A DNA stretch of 64,000 nt from Eledone cirrhosa (lineage: Eukaryota): assembly GCA_964016885.1 (NCBI GenBank), contig OZ024754.1, forward strand, positions 32,736,001-32,800,000, given 5' to 3'. The number at the start of each line of letters is the position of its first letter. Within the stretch, counting starts at the first letter, position 1. The notes under the pieces were generated by a model. It searched no databases. It was not told the DNA's origin and saw only the letters and a program-made list of their open reading frames with translations. Of this stretch, positions 14,126-28,544 are shown piece by piece. Position numbers and translations under genes: made by a program.

Positions 14126-14555
14126 TTCCATGCTGTTAACTATTCATCTGATCTTCAACATGCAGCGGCCATTTTTACGCAGCCTGTTTAGTCCCATTAC
14201 CGTTGTCTCATCTTTAGACTCCTCCAATAATTATCTACTCCTCCTCTCACCACTTCTCCCACCTTCACTTCACCTTTTCTCTCCTACTCCTCCTCTACAT
14301 TACTCCACCTCCAATTCTTTATTCTTGTAACATTTTCTCTCTCTCTCTCTCTCTCTCTTTCCTTCATTCTTTCCCCTCTTCTCCATTTTTATGCCTCTCA
14401 CTGCCCCCCTTTCTCGCCCCTTCACGTTATTAACTGTTTAATACTTAAATCTACTTCATGCCCCCCCCCCCATATGTAAAATACACACACACGTGCGCAC
14501 ACACAGGTTCATACATCCACACACACATATATATATATATATATGTGTCTGTGTG

Positions 14556-14588
<33 letters not shown>

Positions 14589-14653
14589 ATATATATATGT
14601 GTGTGTGTGTATATATATAGATGTGTGTGTATATATGTATATATGTGTGTGTG

Positions 14654-14685
<32 letters not shown>

Positions 14686-15746
14686 AATATATATATATAT
14701 ATATATATGTGTGTATATATATATATGTGTGTGTGTGTGTGTATATATATATGAGTATATATATACTCAAACATATCCACATACACACAGAGACATACTG
14801 GCACACACTCACACGGACACACAGACAAACACACACACACATACACAAACGCCATCGAAAAGTAAGAGCAGCAACAAAAGCAACAACAACAGCAACAATA
14901 ATAACACCAATAACAACAACAACAACAGCAACAATAATAACACCAATAACAACAACAACAAAAGCAACAATAATAACACCAATAACAACAAAACAGCAAC
15001 AACAATAACACCAATAACAACAACAGCAACAATAATAACACCAATAACAACAACAACAACAACAACAGCAACAATAATAACACCAATACCAACAACAACA
15101 AAAGCAACAATAATAACACCAATAACAACAACAGCAACAATAATAACACCAATAACAACAACAACAACAACAACAACAGCAACAACAACAACAGCAACAG
15201 CAAAGCAACAACAACAACAACAACAACAGCAACAGCAACACTAACAACAACACCACCACCACCACCAACAACAACAACAGCAACATCTTCTAATGCAAAG
15301 TAGACACATAACCAATCCGAAAAGAACACACTAAATAACAAAATAACAAAATATATAAATAAGTTCCAAATAAATAACAACAACAAAAGGAAACAAAACA
15401 AGAAATAAAAATGATCTAGCTGGTAGAGCGCCACCTGGCGGCCAACTTTATAGGCTCTATTGGCAAACCGATCAGGCAAAGTGGCATGGAGGAGTAGACA
15501 ACCATTGGTTTTTCAATCGCATCAATTCAAAGAAATTGAAAGCATCATACACACACACATTGGGTTCTTTTCGCTTTTAAGGGAGAAGAATGCCATAAAG
15601 CAGCGTATTCTGCAGACACATACATGCATATACATACATATATACACTTGCATGTATAGATATATACACATACATTTTCACATGTGAATATACACACGTA
15701 CACATAGACACACAAACACAGACAAACAGAGACAAACACACACACA

Positions 15747-15818
<72 letters not shown>

Positions 15819-15897
15819 TATGTGTATATACATATATTATATGAACAAAGATATATATGTATAAATATTTGTGAGTGTGTATGTATGTATATATGTA

Positions 15898-15973
<76 letters not shown>

Positions 15974-16130
15974 TTTATATGTGCACACATAAACATACAT
16001 GTATATACATACATGCACACACACATACACATATATATATATATATATATATACATATATGCCTGTATATGTGCACACATATACATAGATCTATATACAT
16101 ACATGCACACACCACACACACACACACACA
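12880..16130. repeat. Field of microsatellites: (TTTC)n, (GTT/ATT)n, (TA/CA)n, (CAA/TAA)n
   Basis: Read directly; short unique islands lie between the tracts. Confidence 0.9.
15426..15444. promoter_or_regulatory. Candidate CTCF binding site
   Basis: GAGCGCCACCTGGCGGCCA closely matches the bilaterian CTCF core consensus (GCGCCMCCTRGYGG); an isolated GC-rich word in AT-rich DNA. Confidence 0.5.
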
Positions 16131-16269
16131 TAATGGTGTAATGGGGCGTTTAATTGGCATTGAACTGGTCAATAATAGAATATTATGTTACATGATATTT
16201 TACTATGTAGTAGCGTCTCTTTAAGTTCCGAATCTAAATCTCACTGTGATTGAATAATGTGTTTGATCT

Positions 16270-16580
16270 CGGCATAGATCAATGAATGGACGGAATATGG
16301 CAGAATGGACGTAGTAAGGTGGACGTACTCTGGTCAAATAGATGCAGCATATAGCTGAATGAACGCACAGTAGCTAGATGAACGTTCAGTAGCTGAATGA
16401 CCACACATTAGCTAGTGAGATGTACAGCAGCTAGATTGACGCAGTGTGGCCAAATGGACATACTATGTCCGAAAGGGCGCATTATGGCCGAATGGGTGCA
16501 TCGTGAGCAAATGGAAACTGTATGACTGTATGAGAGAATAGACGCTCTATGACCGAATAGATGGACTATGGTCGAATGGT
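16270..16580. repeat. Degenerate ~20-bp minisatellite (GAATGGACGCA..ATGGCC-like)
   Basis: Recurring GAATGGAC/GAATGAAC/AATGGAC at about 20-bp spacing. Confidence 0.6.
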
Positions 16581-16609
16581 ATGACAGTGTTATACAAAGT
16601 TGTATAATT

Positions 16610-16730
16610 AATTGGATTCGCTATCGTAAGGCTGCGAGTTCGATTCCTGAACTGGGCGATACATTATATCCTTGAGCAAAACACTTTATTTCATGTTGCC
16701 TTTTCTGCCAAGAGTTGCGACGGTAGTTAG
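16610..16730 (+). mobile_element. Family B SINE fragment (tRNA head, CORE-like)
   Basis: GAGTTCGATTCC followed by CCTTGAGCAAAACACTTT, resembling the CORE-SINE motif CCTTGGGCAAGTCACTT. Confidence 0.7.
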
Positions 16731-17025
16731 TATCATCAAAGGAAAAAAAAACAATGGAAACAATGACTCAATTGTCCAATTTGACGTATATATATATATA
16801 TATTCGAACACTATCCAGATGCGAGAAAAACCACAAACCTTCCATCTCAATTCTACTTTTGAAAAGCATAAGAACTATGAAACCGGCAAAGGAAACAAAT
16901 AAATATTCTTAAAAAGACTCCAGTTGCATTTTCGATTTCTTTTCCTTATATATATATATATATATATTCGGTAAATAAATGAGGTCTGGGATTTTGTCGA
17001 TCGTTCCTATTTATTTTATTTTATA

Positions 17026-17757
17026 CTAGCAGAAAAACCACCCTGCTAGCATGTGTAGTGTGTATATTGATATTATATGCAAATATACATGCATGTAGAT
17101 ATGATATGTCAAATAAAATCATAATTGACAATATACACAGAAATTGAACAGAAACTATGTTATACTCTCTCCTGTAATCAGTAAAGTAAACAATGATACA
17201 TTTAAAAAAGACGATATTATATATAAACTGGATTACGGTGAAATGTAATGAAACCTTATATAACGATGCAAATATATGAACGTGGACATAAGCAATGAGA
17301 TAAGTGTTTATGATATAACTGTTTCTACTTTAGGCACAAGGCCAGCAATTACCCAGTGCATTACTGGTACTTTATTTTATCGACCCCGTAAGGATGAAAG
17401 GCAAAGTCAACCTCGGCGGGATTTGAACTCAGATCGTAAAGGGACGTAACTATGCTGGAAAGCATGGTGTCCGACTCTCTACCGATACTGCCAATCCACC
17501 GCCCAAGTGTTTATGATATAACGGACGCTAACCGGAAGTGTAGACATTTGAAAATTTTAAAAGAAGTGAATCTTAAAATAAGAACTCGTTATATATAAGA
17601 ATATTTATGTTTAATCAACAGCTACGAAATTTAGTAGATAAATTATGTAATATTCATTCATTATTTATTCAAAGTAATCCAACTTATTTTACTAGCGGGA
17701 TAAAAAAATATATATTCGGGACGCAGTCCCGCACTCCTCTCTTTATTATATTATAGA
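17026..17757 (-). mobile_element. Probable non-autonomous Helitron containing a nested SINE
   Basis: Minus strand starts A|TCTATAATATAATAAAG and ends ...TTTTTCTGCTAG|T (TC...CTAG in an AT target), with an imperfect hairpin CACATGCTAGCAGGGTG just upstream of CTAG. Confidence 0.55.
17320..17504 (-). mobile_element. Young full-length family A SINE with 18-bp TSD
   Basis: TSD AAGTGTTTATGATATAAC at 17302-17319 and 17505-17522; near-identical to the copies at 38097 and 43474. Confidence 0.92.
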
Positions 17758-18349
17758 TTTATATAAACATTTCCTGCGATTGATGTCTAAATAACTAAAA
17801 ATCTTTTCTACGAAGCAGCGTTGTGGAAATACCCAAAGTGATATAGAGGTTTGTATGGTGTTATGACCTGACATATAATTTGGCGTGGTTTTCTAACACT
17901 GTGCCCAGAGTAAGAAATCTCAAAAACTAGGTTCGTCATCTTACCCAACTGTAAGTTGAAATTATTTAATTTAGCAGAAGAGTGTGTGTAAGAGGAAGAA
18001 AGCAGTACACGTTCTAGTTACCTTAGGGCACTAAACACATGGCGTCGGCTCTACTTGACATATTTAAAGCAAATTCGATTTGGCTGAAGTACAACTGGAA
18101 GCGTCAGAAGTGGTAACAAAAGACACGATCGTATTATCTAATTTACATCACCGTGCTATCTACTGTTTTCAAGAATGATAAGATTTTTTCTTCCTTATTT
18201 AGTAATTAAGATCCTTTACATCCATCGTAATTCATACATACAATTAGATCAGGGCTTTTCAAACATTTTAATTTATTCCACAAAAAAATAAATCGACTAT
18301 AAAATTGGAAAACATAACTAACTTACCAGCGTTTAACACAACTAGCTAG

Positions 18350-18505
18350 ACGGTGAAGTGGCAGAGTTGTTAGAGCGTCGGATAATATGCTTTGCGGTAT
18401 TCGTTTCGGCTCTCTGACTCTGAGTTCAAATTCCACCGCGGTCAACTTTGACTTTCATCCATTCAAGGTTGATAAAAAGAAAGATCAGTCTAATACTGGG
18501 GTCGG
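18350..18505 (+). mobile_element. Degenerate family A SINE
   Basis: GAGTTCAAATTCCACCGCGGTCAACTTTGACTTTCATCC. Confidence 0.7.
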
Positions 18506-18894
18506 TTCTTCCTCTATATATATCTTTCGCATTTCCATTCTCTCACTATCTCTATCCTTCACAGGAAGAAATCTGCTGTATTCAGACCTGAAGAGGAGGT
18601 GGTATATCAGTACGATGACTCTACATACGATACAACTAGCACGAGAAAAGAATCAGTGAAATATATATGCAAACGTATAAGAATAGTTCGTTAAAATGAT
18701 TCAATTTTACTTTTATTTATTAAAAATCTAATTTTACTTCAACATTACTTACCAGGGAAAATTTACCTGATTGCCTCAACTACTATTTATAGTGATCAAC
18801 TATGAATATGGACATTTACGTTGGGGACACACACTTTTCAAATTGCAAGACGTCCCAATGCTTCTTAAGTCAACCCATTGTTTATATATATATA

Positions 18895-18968
<74 letters not shown>

Positions 18969-19010
18969 TGTGTGCGTGCGTGCGTGCGTGTGTCTGTGTC
19001 TGTGTGAGTA

Positions 19011-19067
<57 letters not shown>

Positions 19068-19089
19068 GTGTGTGTGTGTGCGTGTGTGA

Positions 19090-19125
<36 letters not shown>

Positions 19126-19169
19126 TTCTTATACTTGCATACACACACACTACTTAAGTAAAGATCCTG

Positions 19170-19241
<72 letters not shown>

Positions 19242-20143
19242 TCATACACATACGCACACACGTATAGTCACACACACACACACACACACACAGATACATA
19301 GAGAGAAAGGGAGGCGTCCAATCTTGCCTTGCTCTCCATTTGCCATACGTTAATTCCAGCATCAAACAGCGACTCTCCCGCCATACGGACATCGGAGAAT
19401 CACTGCTTCGCCTGGTGTTTACTGAGGAAATCTGAAATGAGATGCTGACTGATGTCCGAACGGAGGGGATGCGTGGGGCTGGTGGAGGCTTGGGAGGTGG
19501 GGGAGAGGACATAAAACATAAACATTCGGAGAGATTAAGGGTGGATGTAATAGGGTGGGTGTGAAACTTAGGTTGGTGGTGGGAGGAGAGGGCAATGGAG
19601 TCAAACCTTCGAAAAAAAAAAAAAAGCAAAGGTGCAGGTAATGGGATGACGGGTGGAGTTGGTGGAGGTTTGGATATGCGAGGGGTGGGGGGAAATAGAG
19701 GCAGACCATCGTAGAGAATTGATCGGCAATAAAATATGTAATGAACCGTGACAAACGCTGGTGCCGGACTGTGGGTGTTTATGTGTGACAAAGTGATGGG
19801 AGGTGACGAGGGAGGGAGAAGTGTATATGGGTGGATAGGAGAGTGACGGATCTTCGTCAGTTCTGGAGACGAGTCTTCCAGTCATTCGAACAAAGAAGTG
19901 GCCTGCTCTTGATTAGATAAGCAAATGGTTGAGAATTCCACAGACAGCTGTACCCTTAACGTTGTAAGTATTTGAGTACATGAAACGTTAAAATATTAAC
20001 TAAATAAACACTCACTATATATGAGCAAAATGTAAGATTTATTTTCTGAAGAAAAATGTTGCAGTGACTTTGAAATTTGAAAAAAGATATTTTTCCGGCA
20101 GCAGTTCGTTGAGACTTCGGAAATCACTGCCACATATTTCTTA

Positions 20144-20206
<63 letters not shown>

Positions 20207-20409
20207 TATATATACCTGAATTACTTGATCGTTTTTTTTTTTGGCTATGCGAATGATTGTTTAACCATCGTCTCAGTGTGTTTCGCCTTTAACGTTTGTT
20301 ATAGCTCTGGTTCATCTGAATCATTGAGCACTTGCCGCACATCTCAGAGGTTGTTTTTCGTTATTTCGTGGGCCGAAATGCGAATCTCGATAATTTATGT
20401 TTGTTTATA

Positions 20410-20441
<32 letters not shown>

Positions 20442-20579
20442 ACTGCGATGAATTAGTTTTGCGAGGTTTTTGATATGAAATCGTGTGTCCAAACAAATAT
20501 TGTTATACTTGGGGAGGGTCATATTTGTGTAATATTGCCAGAATTAATATATATACACATATATATATATATATAAATA

Positions 20580-20713
<134 letters not shown>

Positions 20714-20754
20714 TATGTGTGTGTATATATATATTATAATTATATAAATATAAT

Positions 20755-20794
<40 letters not shown>

Positions 20795-20834
20795 CGATAT
20801 TAACAAATGGAAATTATATTTATAAAACCATATT

Positions 20835-20899
20835 TATTTCATTATACATATTTCAAGGAGACCAAGTTAAATTATGGTGTGCTTTCATCAGATAAAATA
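20835..20899 (-). ncRNA. Hammerhead ribozyme, inverted pLTR copy
   Basis: Reverse complement of 21914-21978 with one extra stem II mismatch. Confidence 0.8.
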
Positions 20900-21103
20900 T
20901 AATATAGATCAGTTTTATAAATAAATATTGACATACCCTTAAAAAATGCAACCATTACTGTTGGAAGCTTCCGGATAGTGGAGTTGAAGTTTAATTATAT
21001 TATTATTAGTATTGGATATTTTTATTTTTAAAATAAGCCGTTGGGTTACGGAGAAAGAGAAATATAAAGAAGGTGAGAGAGAAAAAAAAGAGAGAGAGAG
21101 AAA

Positions 21104-21210
<107 letters not shown>

Positions 21211-21913
21211 AAAACAACAGAGAGAGAAAGATATATAGAGAGAAAAAGGAGACAGAGAGAAGGGGAGAGAACGAAAAACTCTAAGTCATATCTTGTTGAG
21301 TTAACTTAACAATTGAGATGAAATGAATAAATAAAATTAGAAATGTTAATAATCATGAATGGAATATACATATATAATATGAGAAATTAACCATTGTTTA
21401 AATATGATTAGATGTTTAGTTAATCATTTAAAAATTGAGATCAATATATTAAAAATTGGGATCTATATATTAAGAAATCCATATATTACTAGAGAACTAC
21501 ATATCATATAACACGTATACACACGCAAAAATACATATAAATATATATACACACTTATAAAATACATATACATATCTAACTACGTATATAATATATACAC
21601 ACAAAACATAAAGGATTCTTTAATTTAATTTAAGATATAGGAATCTTATAAAATGTTATAATTGTTAAGATATTAAAGGAAATTTTATGTTATACACACG
21701 TTATGTTATTAAACACCATTTTTTTATATAAGTTTTATAAGATTACCTGTTATATATTTTATGTATTTATGTATTTATGGCTGTTATTATATGTCTATCT
21801 GTCACGAATCTTGGGATAACCACTATACATAAGTGCAATCAAATTCAACTCCACTATCCGGTTGCATTTTTTAAGGGTATGTCAATATTTATTTATAAAA
21901 CTGATCTATATTA

Positions 21914-21978
21914 TATTTTATCTGATGAAAGCACACCATAATTTAACTTGGTGTCCTTGAAATATGTATAATGAAATA
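21914..21978 (+). ncRNA. Minimal type I hammerhead ribozyme in the PLE pLTR; predicted cut after 21970
   Basis: UAUUUUAU CUGAUGA AAGCACACCA-loop-UGGUGUCCUU GAAA U-AUGU-A UA AUGAAAUA; 8-bp stem I, 9/10-bp stem II. Confidence 0.85.
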
Positions 21979-22156
21979 AATATGGTTTTATAAATATAGT
22001 TTCCATTTGTTAATATCGTATTTTTACTCCAAATATTTGTTGAGTACTTTATATCAGTTATAAAAATATTTGCTTGTTGTATCCCAACAATTTAAATAGA
22101 ACTTTTACATATATTCTGCTCCTGTATTGTCGAGCGCTTTATATTATAACTGAAAA

Positions 22157-24375
22157 ATGGAATTCTTTAAGATCTCTTCTTCTCTAAAACACATACCTTT
22201 ACCTAGGAATAAAGATTTTATTAAACAATTAATAGAAAAATCAGACTCTTTTATAAGAAGAATCAGGTGGCGTGCTTTCCACTTCGATAAATCTAATCTA
22301 AATGAAAATGTCTCCAATCTGGATAAAATCTTCAAATCTAATAAAAATCCACCCCTCAACAAACTACTAATGGATTTTGAAAATGATATCATATTTATCA
22401 TCCAAAGCATCAAATTCAAAAACAACTTCAACGGCCAGGATTACTTAAGAAATATTAAAAATAATATTGAAAACTTGGAGAAAACGGAGAAAATTCTAGT
22501 CAAGTCTGACAAAACCAATAATCTTTACGGAATACAAAAGGACATTTATAACGATCTTATATTAAAGGAACTAAGGAAGAAATACAAAGTAGCAAATAAA
22601 GACGACCTTGAAAAATTGAATGCAGATGCCTCTTATATAATGCAGGAACTAGGCATTGAAAATAGGACACAACCCTTCATGCCAAGGAAACCTAAGATTA
22701 ATATGAAGGATCATAAAAGGAACTTCGAAACTGATTTACCAGTCAGATTAATTGCACCATCTAAATCGGACCTTGGCAGACTTAGCAAAAATATTCTAGA
22801 CAGAATAATACCACAAATTAAGAATTTATCTTTTTTTAAATTATGGAAAGGAACTAGTGAGGTTATCGATTGGTTTAAAGAAATTAAATATAACTATAAT
22901 AATAAGTTTATTCAGTTGGATATTGCTAACTATTACTCATCTATCACTCCTAATCTACTGAATAAGGCACTAACTTACGCATTTAAACATACAGACCTAA
23001 CTATCAATGAAATGCACATTATATTATCGGCACGGAAAACATTAATAGAATTTAATAACCAACTCTGGACTAGGGCAGATAGAAATAATAATTTCGACAT
23101 AACTATGGGATCATCCGATTCCGCTCAGGTAACGGATCTTGTGGGCCTATTTATAATTAATTCTCTACATAGAAAAATACCTGAGATAACCGGAGGTTTA
23201 TATCGTGACAACATGCTTTTACTTATAGAAAATAATAACTGTGAACTAAATAGAAAAAGAAAACAAATTATACAATTTTTTAATTACCTTAATCTAAAAG
23301 TAGAAATAGTGAATAACCATAAAATAGTTAATTTTCTAGATGTAACACTAAATCTTAACACATGTCTTCATTATCCATTTCACAAACTAAATGAGAACTT
23401 AAATTACGTTAATTTTAACTTTAATCACCCCAGATCCGTTAAAAATACTATAGTGAACTCTGTACAAGAACGAATTTCGAGAATTTCAGCTAATAAGAAT
23501 ATATTTTATGAAAAAGCACATTATTACAACGAAGCGTTAGGTAGAGCTGGGTATGGAAATAAAATTAAATACATCGATAATAATAATAATATAACAACTA
23601 ACCATAATCGTAACAATTTTAACTATAGTAACAATTTTAACAACTATAATAGAAAACCTTACATTAATTCCGAAAGCCGAAAAAGAAATAGAACTAGGAA
23701 CATATTATGGTTCGCTCCTTCTTTCTCATTAAATATTAAAACCCCTATTGCTAAACTATTTTTTAAAGCTCTTGACAAATGCTTCCCTAGAACACATAGA
23801 TATTACTCAATTTTTAATAGACATAATATAAAATTAACTTATTCTTCCACCAAAAATTTAGCGCAAAATATTAATAGAATTAATAATAGAATTTAAAACC
23901 TAACCAAAATACCAATAATAACCCAAGCAATATCCAATTTGATAAATGTAACTGTAGAAATAAATCTCACTGTCCGTTAAATAACAATTGCTTAGCTAAA
24001 AATGTAATATATAATTGTAATGTAAAAACTAATTTAAATTCATTTAATTATGTGGGATCTATTTCCACAGAGTTTAAATCCCGCTTCAATAATCATTAAA
24101 ATTCTTTTACAGATCCAAACAAAAAATCTTCAACTTCTCTATCTAGCCTATTATGGGACCTAAAACTAAAGAACGTTGAATATTCATTGATTTGGAATAT
24201 TTTTTCAAAAGCTACTCCTTTTAACTCCTCTTCAGAAAATTGCGATCTTTGTATAGAGGAAATATTCTTTATATTAAAGACCAAAAATTCCCTGAACTTA
24301 AGAAATAATTTATTCAGTTGCTGCAGACATAGATTAAACTCAACGTTTAAATATAAATATAAATTTAAAATGTAG
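22157..24375 (+). pseudogene. PLE reverse transcriptase + GIY-YIG endonuclease, inactivated
   Basis: RT motifs KDHK, PVRLI, LDIANYYSSI, MGS, GLYRDN, FLDVTL. After a frameshift near 23890-23940 the frame reads CNCRNKSHCPLNNNC..NVIY..YVGS..FKSRFNNH*..CDLCIEE..LN..CCRH. Lesions are the frameshift, TAA at 24097-24099 and YRDD>YRDN. Confidence 0.9.
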
Positions 24376-26151
24376 TATATAATTAATTTATTTATTTTAT
24401 TAATATATTGAACCTGTCGATAAATCATTAGATTCCTTCATCTTTTTTTTTACTGATTATACACTCTAGTAAAAATAACTTTTCTTCCTAAATATAAATA
24501 AGTATAAATATAATAAACTATTCTAGAGAAATATATTGAGAGCCCTTGAAAGGAGAAATATTTCTTATTTTTTTATTGTTTTTTTTATTGTTCTGATAGC
24601 TTCTCCTATTTTCGAAAGTTTATCCTTTCAAAATTTTAAGTTAAATATACGTAAAATAAATTTCTATACTAAATCTATTAAACATACTATTATTTTGAAA
24701 TTATAACTTAAAATATTCTATAATATTTAAAAATTGTATTGTTTTTAAAGTTATATTGCTTATAATTATATTTCCAAATTGTAATATAATTCTTTTGTAT
24801 TTTATGTACTCAATTATACTATGTACTGTATTTATATATACTTCTCTCTATATGTGAGTATATATGTATATGTGTGTATTGACATACATGTACATATGTT
24901 TTATGCGTTTTTATGAATTTATGTCTATCTGTATGTATATGTATACGTGATGCGTATCTAGCTATTGGTTGAGGGTACATATATATATATGTATATGTGG
25001 GAATTGTGTATATACATATGCGTGTATATCCATACAATTTGATTGCACTTATGTATAGTGATTATCCCAAGATTCGTGACAGATAGACATATAATAACAG
25101 CCATAAATATATAGCAGGTAATCTTATAAAACTTATATTAAAAAAATTTTGTTTAATAACATAAAGTGTGTATAACATAAAATTTCCTTTAATATCTTAA
25201 CAATTATAACATTTTATAAGATTCCTATATCTTAAATTAAATTAAAGAATCGTTTATGTTTTGTGTGTATATATTATATACGTAGTTAGATATGTATATG
25301 TATTTTATAAGTGTGTATATATATTTATATGTATTTTTGCGTGTGTATACGTGTTATATGATATGTAGTTCTCTAGTAATATATGGATTTCTTAATATAT
25401 AGATCCCAATTTTTAATATATTGATCTCAATTTTTAAATGATTAACTAAACATCTAATCATATTTAAACAATGGTTAATTTCTCATATTATATATGTATA
25501 TTCCATTCATGATTATTAACATTTCTAATTTTATTTATTCATTTCATCCCAATTGTTAAGTTAACTCAACAAGATATGACTTAGAGTTTTTCGTTCTCTC
25601 CCCTTCTCTCTGTCTCCTTTCTCTCTCTGTTGTTTTGGTCTCTCTCTCTCTCTTCTCTCTCTCTCTCTTTTTTTTCTCTCTCTCCTTCTTTCTCTTTCTC
25701 TTTCTCCGTAACCCAACGGCTTATTTTAAAAATAAAAATATCCAATACTAATAATAATATAATTAAACTTCAACTCCACTATCCAGGAGCTTCCAACAGT
25801 AATGGTTGCATTTTTAAAGGGTATGTCAATATTTATTCATAAAACTGATCTATATTATATTTTATCTGATGAAAGCACACCATAATTTAACTATAAATAT
25901 GGTTTTATAAATATAGTTTCCATTAGTTTCCATTTGTTAACATCGTATTTTTACTCCAAATATTTATTGAGTGCTTTATATCAGTTATAAAAATATTTGC
26001 TTGTTGTATCCCAACAATATAAATAGAACTTTTACATATATATATATATATATATACACTTTTATATATATATATATAAACAAGATTTGGTCTTTCGCTC
26101 TAACATAGTGGATACGTAAATGTAGTCATGAGTTTTATATCGAATAATAAT

Positions 26152-26338
26152 TGTTTCTACTTTTGGCACAAGGCCAGCAATTTTCCAGTGCATTACTGGT
26201 ACTTTATTTTATCGACCCCGTAAGGATGACAGGCAAAGTTAACCTCGGCGGCATTTGAACTCAGAATGGCAAGGGCCGTAACTCTATGCGTCAAAGCATG
26301 GTGTCCGACCTTCTACCGATACTGCCAATTCACCGCCC
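26152..26338 (-). mobile_element. Family A SINE with 18-bp TSD
   Basis: TSD TTTATATCGAATAATAAT at 26134-26151 and 26339-26356. Confidence 0.9.
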
Positions 26339-26399
26339 TTTATATCGAATAATAATAATATTAAATTTGTTTGCCAGCAAACACGCTCATACGCTATGT

Positions 26400-26993
26400 T
26401 TTTAAGATGACCACATCAAGATTTTTAAAGGGGTTTCCAAAAGAAACCCCACCAACCATGGACGTGGAATCACCCGATTTCCACAAGCCACGGGGAGGAA
26501 AGTAGACTTTTCCTCTCTTAATTTAATCAGCCGGCATGGCCATCTTAAGAGTAGGATGCTTGAATATTCTTGGCTTGGGGGTCGTCCTGGAAGCAGGGTC
26601 AATTGCTGAACGATCTCAGGTCACTAGATATGGATGTAACGGCCGTCAGCGAGACCAAAATTTCTGACATGCGCGCACTAGGCCTCATTTCCGACGACTA
26701 TCAGTTTTTCGCGTCTCTTGGTCGACCGAGAATGGGAGGTAGGGCGGCAGTGGTGTTTTGGAAAGGCCTGGATTTCGTAGTAAGGTCGATCTTCTAGGAA
26801 CGGACGGTAAGTTGAGGACCCTGAGCGTGAACAATAGGGAATGTGGTGGCTTTAGACTGGTGGCTGTCTACGCCCCAACGGGATCGGACGGCTGGATTTC
26901 TGTAGGTACCTAGAAACCTTTACTGTTAGCGGGAGACTGGAACGGCATCTTAGACACAGGCTGGAATTGTGTGGGAGTAGCTGGTAGGAGCAG

Positions 26994-27078
<85 letters not shown>

Positions 27079-27175
27079 CGTGTGTGTGCGTGCGCGTGTG
27101 TGTGCGTGCGTGTGTGTGTGTGTGTGTACAAAAGCCTCAAGTACCTGATCAACCAGTTCAAAATCCTTCACTGCA
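26400..27175 (+). pseudogene. Decayed L1/Tx1 fragment (ORF1 end and APE endonuclease start) interrupted by a (TG)n tract
   Basis: MAILRVGCLN..SSWKQGQLLNDLRSLDMDVTAVSETKIS..FRLVAVYAP..GDWNGILD aligns with ORF2 at 45930; contains frameshifts and stops. Confidence 0.85.
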
Positions 27176-27399
27176 TATGAATGTATGCATAAACACTCAA
27201 GACTTAACAACTAAACTGTAGGATATACTTTGAGGAAGATTTTGTTGCTATTTCATGCACATTGGGTGGGCCGCAACGTAAATAGTTGCTAGCTCGATGA
27301 CATTTGTGTGGCGAGCAATGGCAGCGATTTGTTTTAATTATATTATATGGGAAGTGAGGGAGTAGGGCTGTTAGTGGTCTTGGTGGGGGATGGTATGGT

Positions 27400-27884
27400 A
27401 ATTTTAATGGTTGTGGTATTGGAGAGGGAGGCTGTGATGGTTGTAGTTGGAGAGGGAGGTTGTGGTGGTTGTAGTTGGAGAGGGAGAGAGAGAGGGGAGA
27501 GAGAGAGGCTGTGATGGTTGTAGTTAGAGAGGGAGGCTGTAGTGGTTGTAGTTGGAGAGAGGGAGGCTGTGATGGTTGTGGTATTGGAGAGGGAGGCTGT
27601 GATGGTTGTAGTTAGAGAGGGAGAGAGAGAGGGGAGAGAGAGAGGCTGTGATGGTTGTAGTTAGAGAGGGAGGCTGTAGTGGTTGTAGTTGGAGAGAGGG
27701 AGGCTGTGATGGTTGTAGTTGGAGAGGGAGGTTGTGATGGTTGTAGTTGGAGAGGGAAGTTGTGATGGTTGTGGTATTGGAGAGGGAGGGTGTGATGGTT
27801 GTAGTTAGAGAGGGAGAGAGAGAGGGGAGAGAGAGAGGCTGTGATGGTTGTAGTTGGAGAGAGAGAGGTTGTGATGGTTGTAGT

Positions 27885-27957
<73 letters not shown>

Positions 27958-28090
27958 GGGGAGAGATAGATAGGGAGAGATAGATAGAGAAAGGCTGTGA
28001 TAGTTGTAGTTGGAGAGAGAGAGAGAGAGGAGAGAGAGAGAGGCTGTGATGGTTGTAGTTGGAGAGAGAGAGGTTGTGATGGTTGTAGTT

Positions 28091-28126
<36 letters not shown>

Positions 28127-28385
28127 GGGGAGAGATAGAGAGGGAGAGATAGATAGAGAAAGGCTGTGATAGTTGTAGTTGGAGAGGGAGAGAGAGAGGG
28201 AGAGAGAGAGAGAGAGAGAGAGAGGCTGTAATGGTTGTAGTTGGAGAGGGAGGTTGTGATGGTTGTAGTTAGAGAGAGAGAGAGAGAGGGAAGAGATAGA
28301 GAGGGGGAGAGATAGAAAGATAGAGATAGAAATAGATAGAGAGAGAGAGAGAGGCTGTAATGGTTGTAGTTGGAGAGGGAGGCTG
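27400..28385. repeat. ~28-bp minisatellite GGAGAGGGAGGCTGTGATGGTTGTAGTT with variable (GA)n expansions
   Basis: Read directly. Confidence 0.85.
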
Positions 28386-28544
28386 TGTGCTGTGTTGTTT
28401 GTGGTAGTGGTGGTAATGTCGATGGTAATAGTAAGGGTAATTGCTGTGTTGATTGTAATGGAAGTGATAGACGAGAGCTGAGTGTAGTGGATGTAGTAGT
28501 GACGGCTGTGGTGATAGTCACTGTCGGCCATGATGAATGTGGAT

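Noticed and set aside
16856-16891. Second U3-A8 HHR
   Set aside because: Stem II is mispaired and UA is changed to CA; kept only as evidence of the family
18585-20085. CTGAAGA words at ~18588 and ~20046
   Set aside because: Missing a correctly placed GAAA or UH plus stem I
23894-24099. Selenocysteine or readthrough recoding in the PLE ORF
   Set aside because: The stops are TAA, not TGA, and come with a frameshift and a catalytic D>N change, indicating decay
25858-25900. HHR in the 3' pLTR
   Set aside because: A deletion removes the 3' strand of stem II, GAAA and the cleavage site
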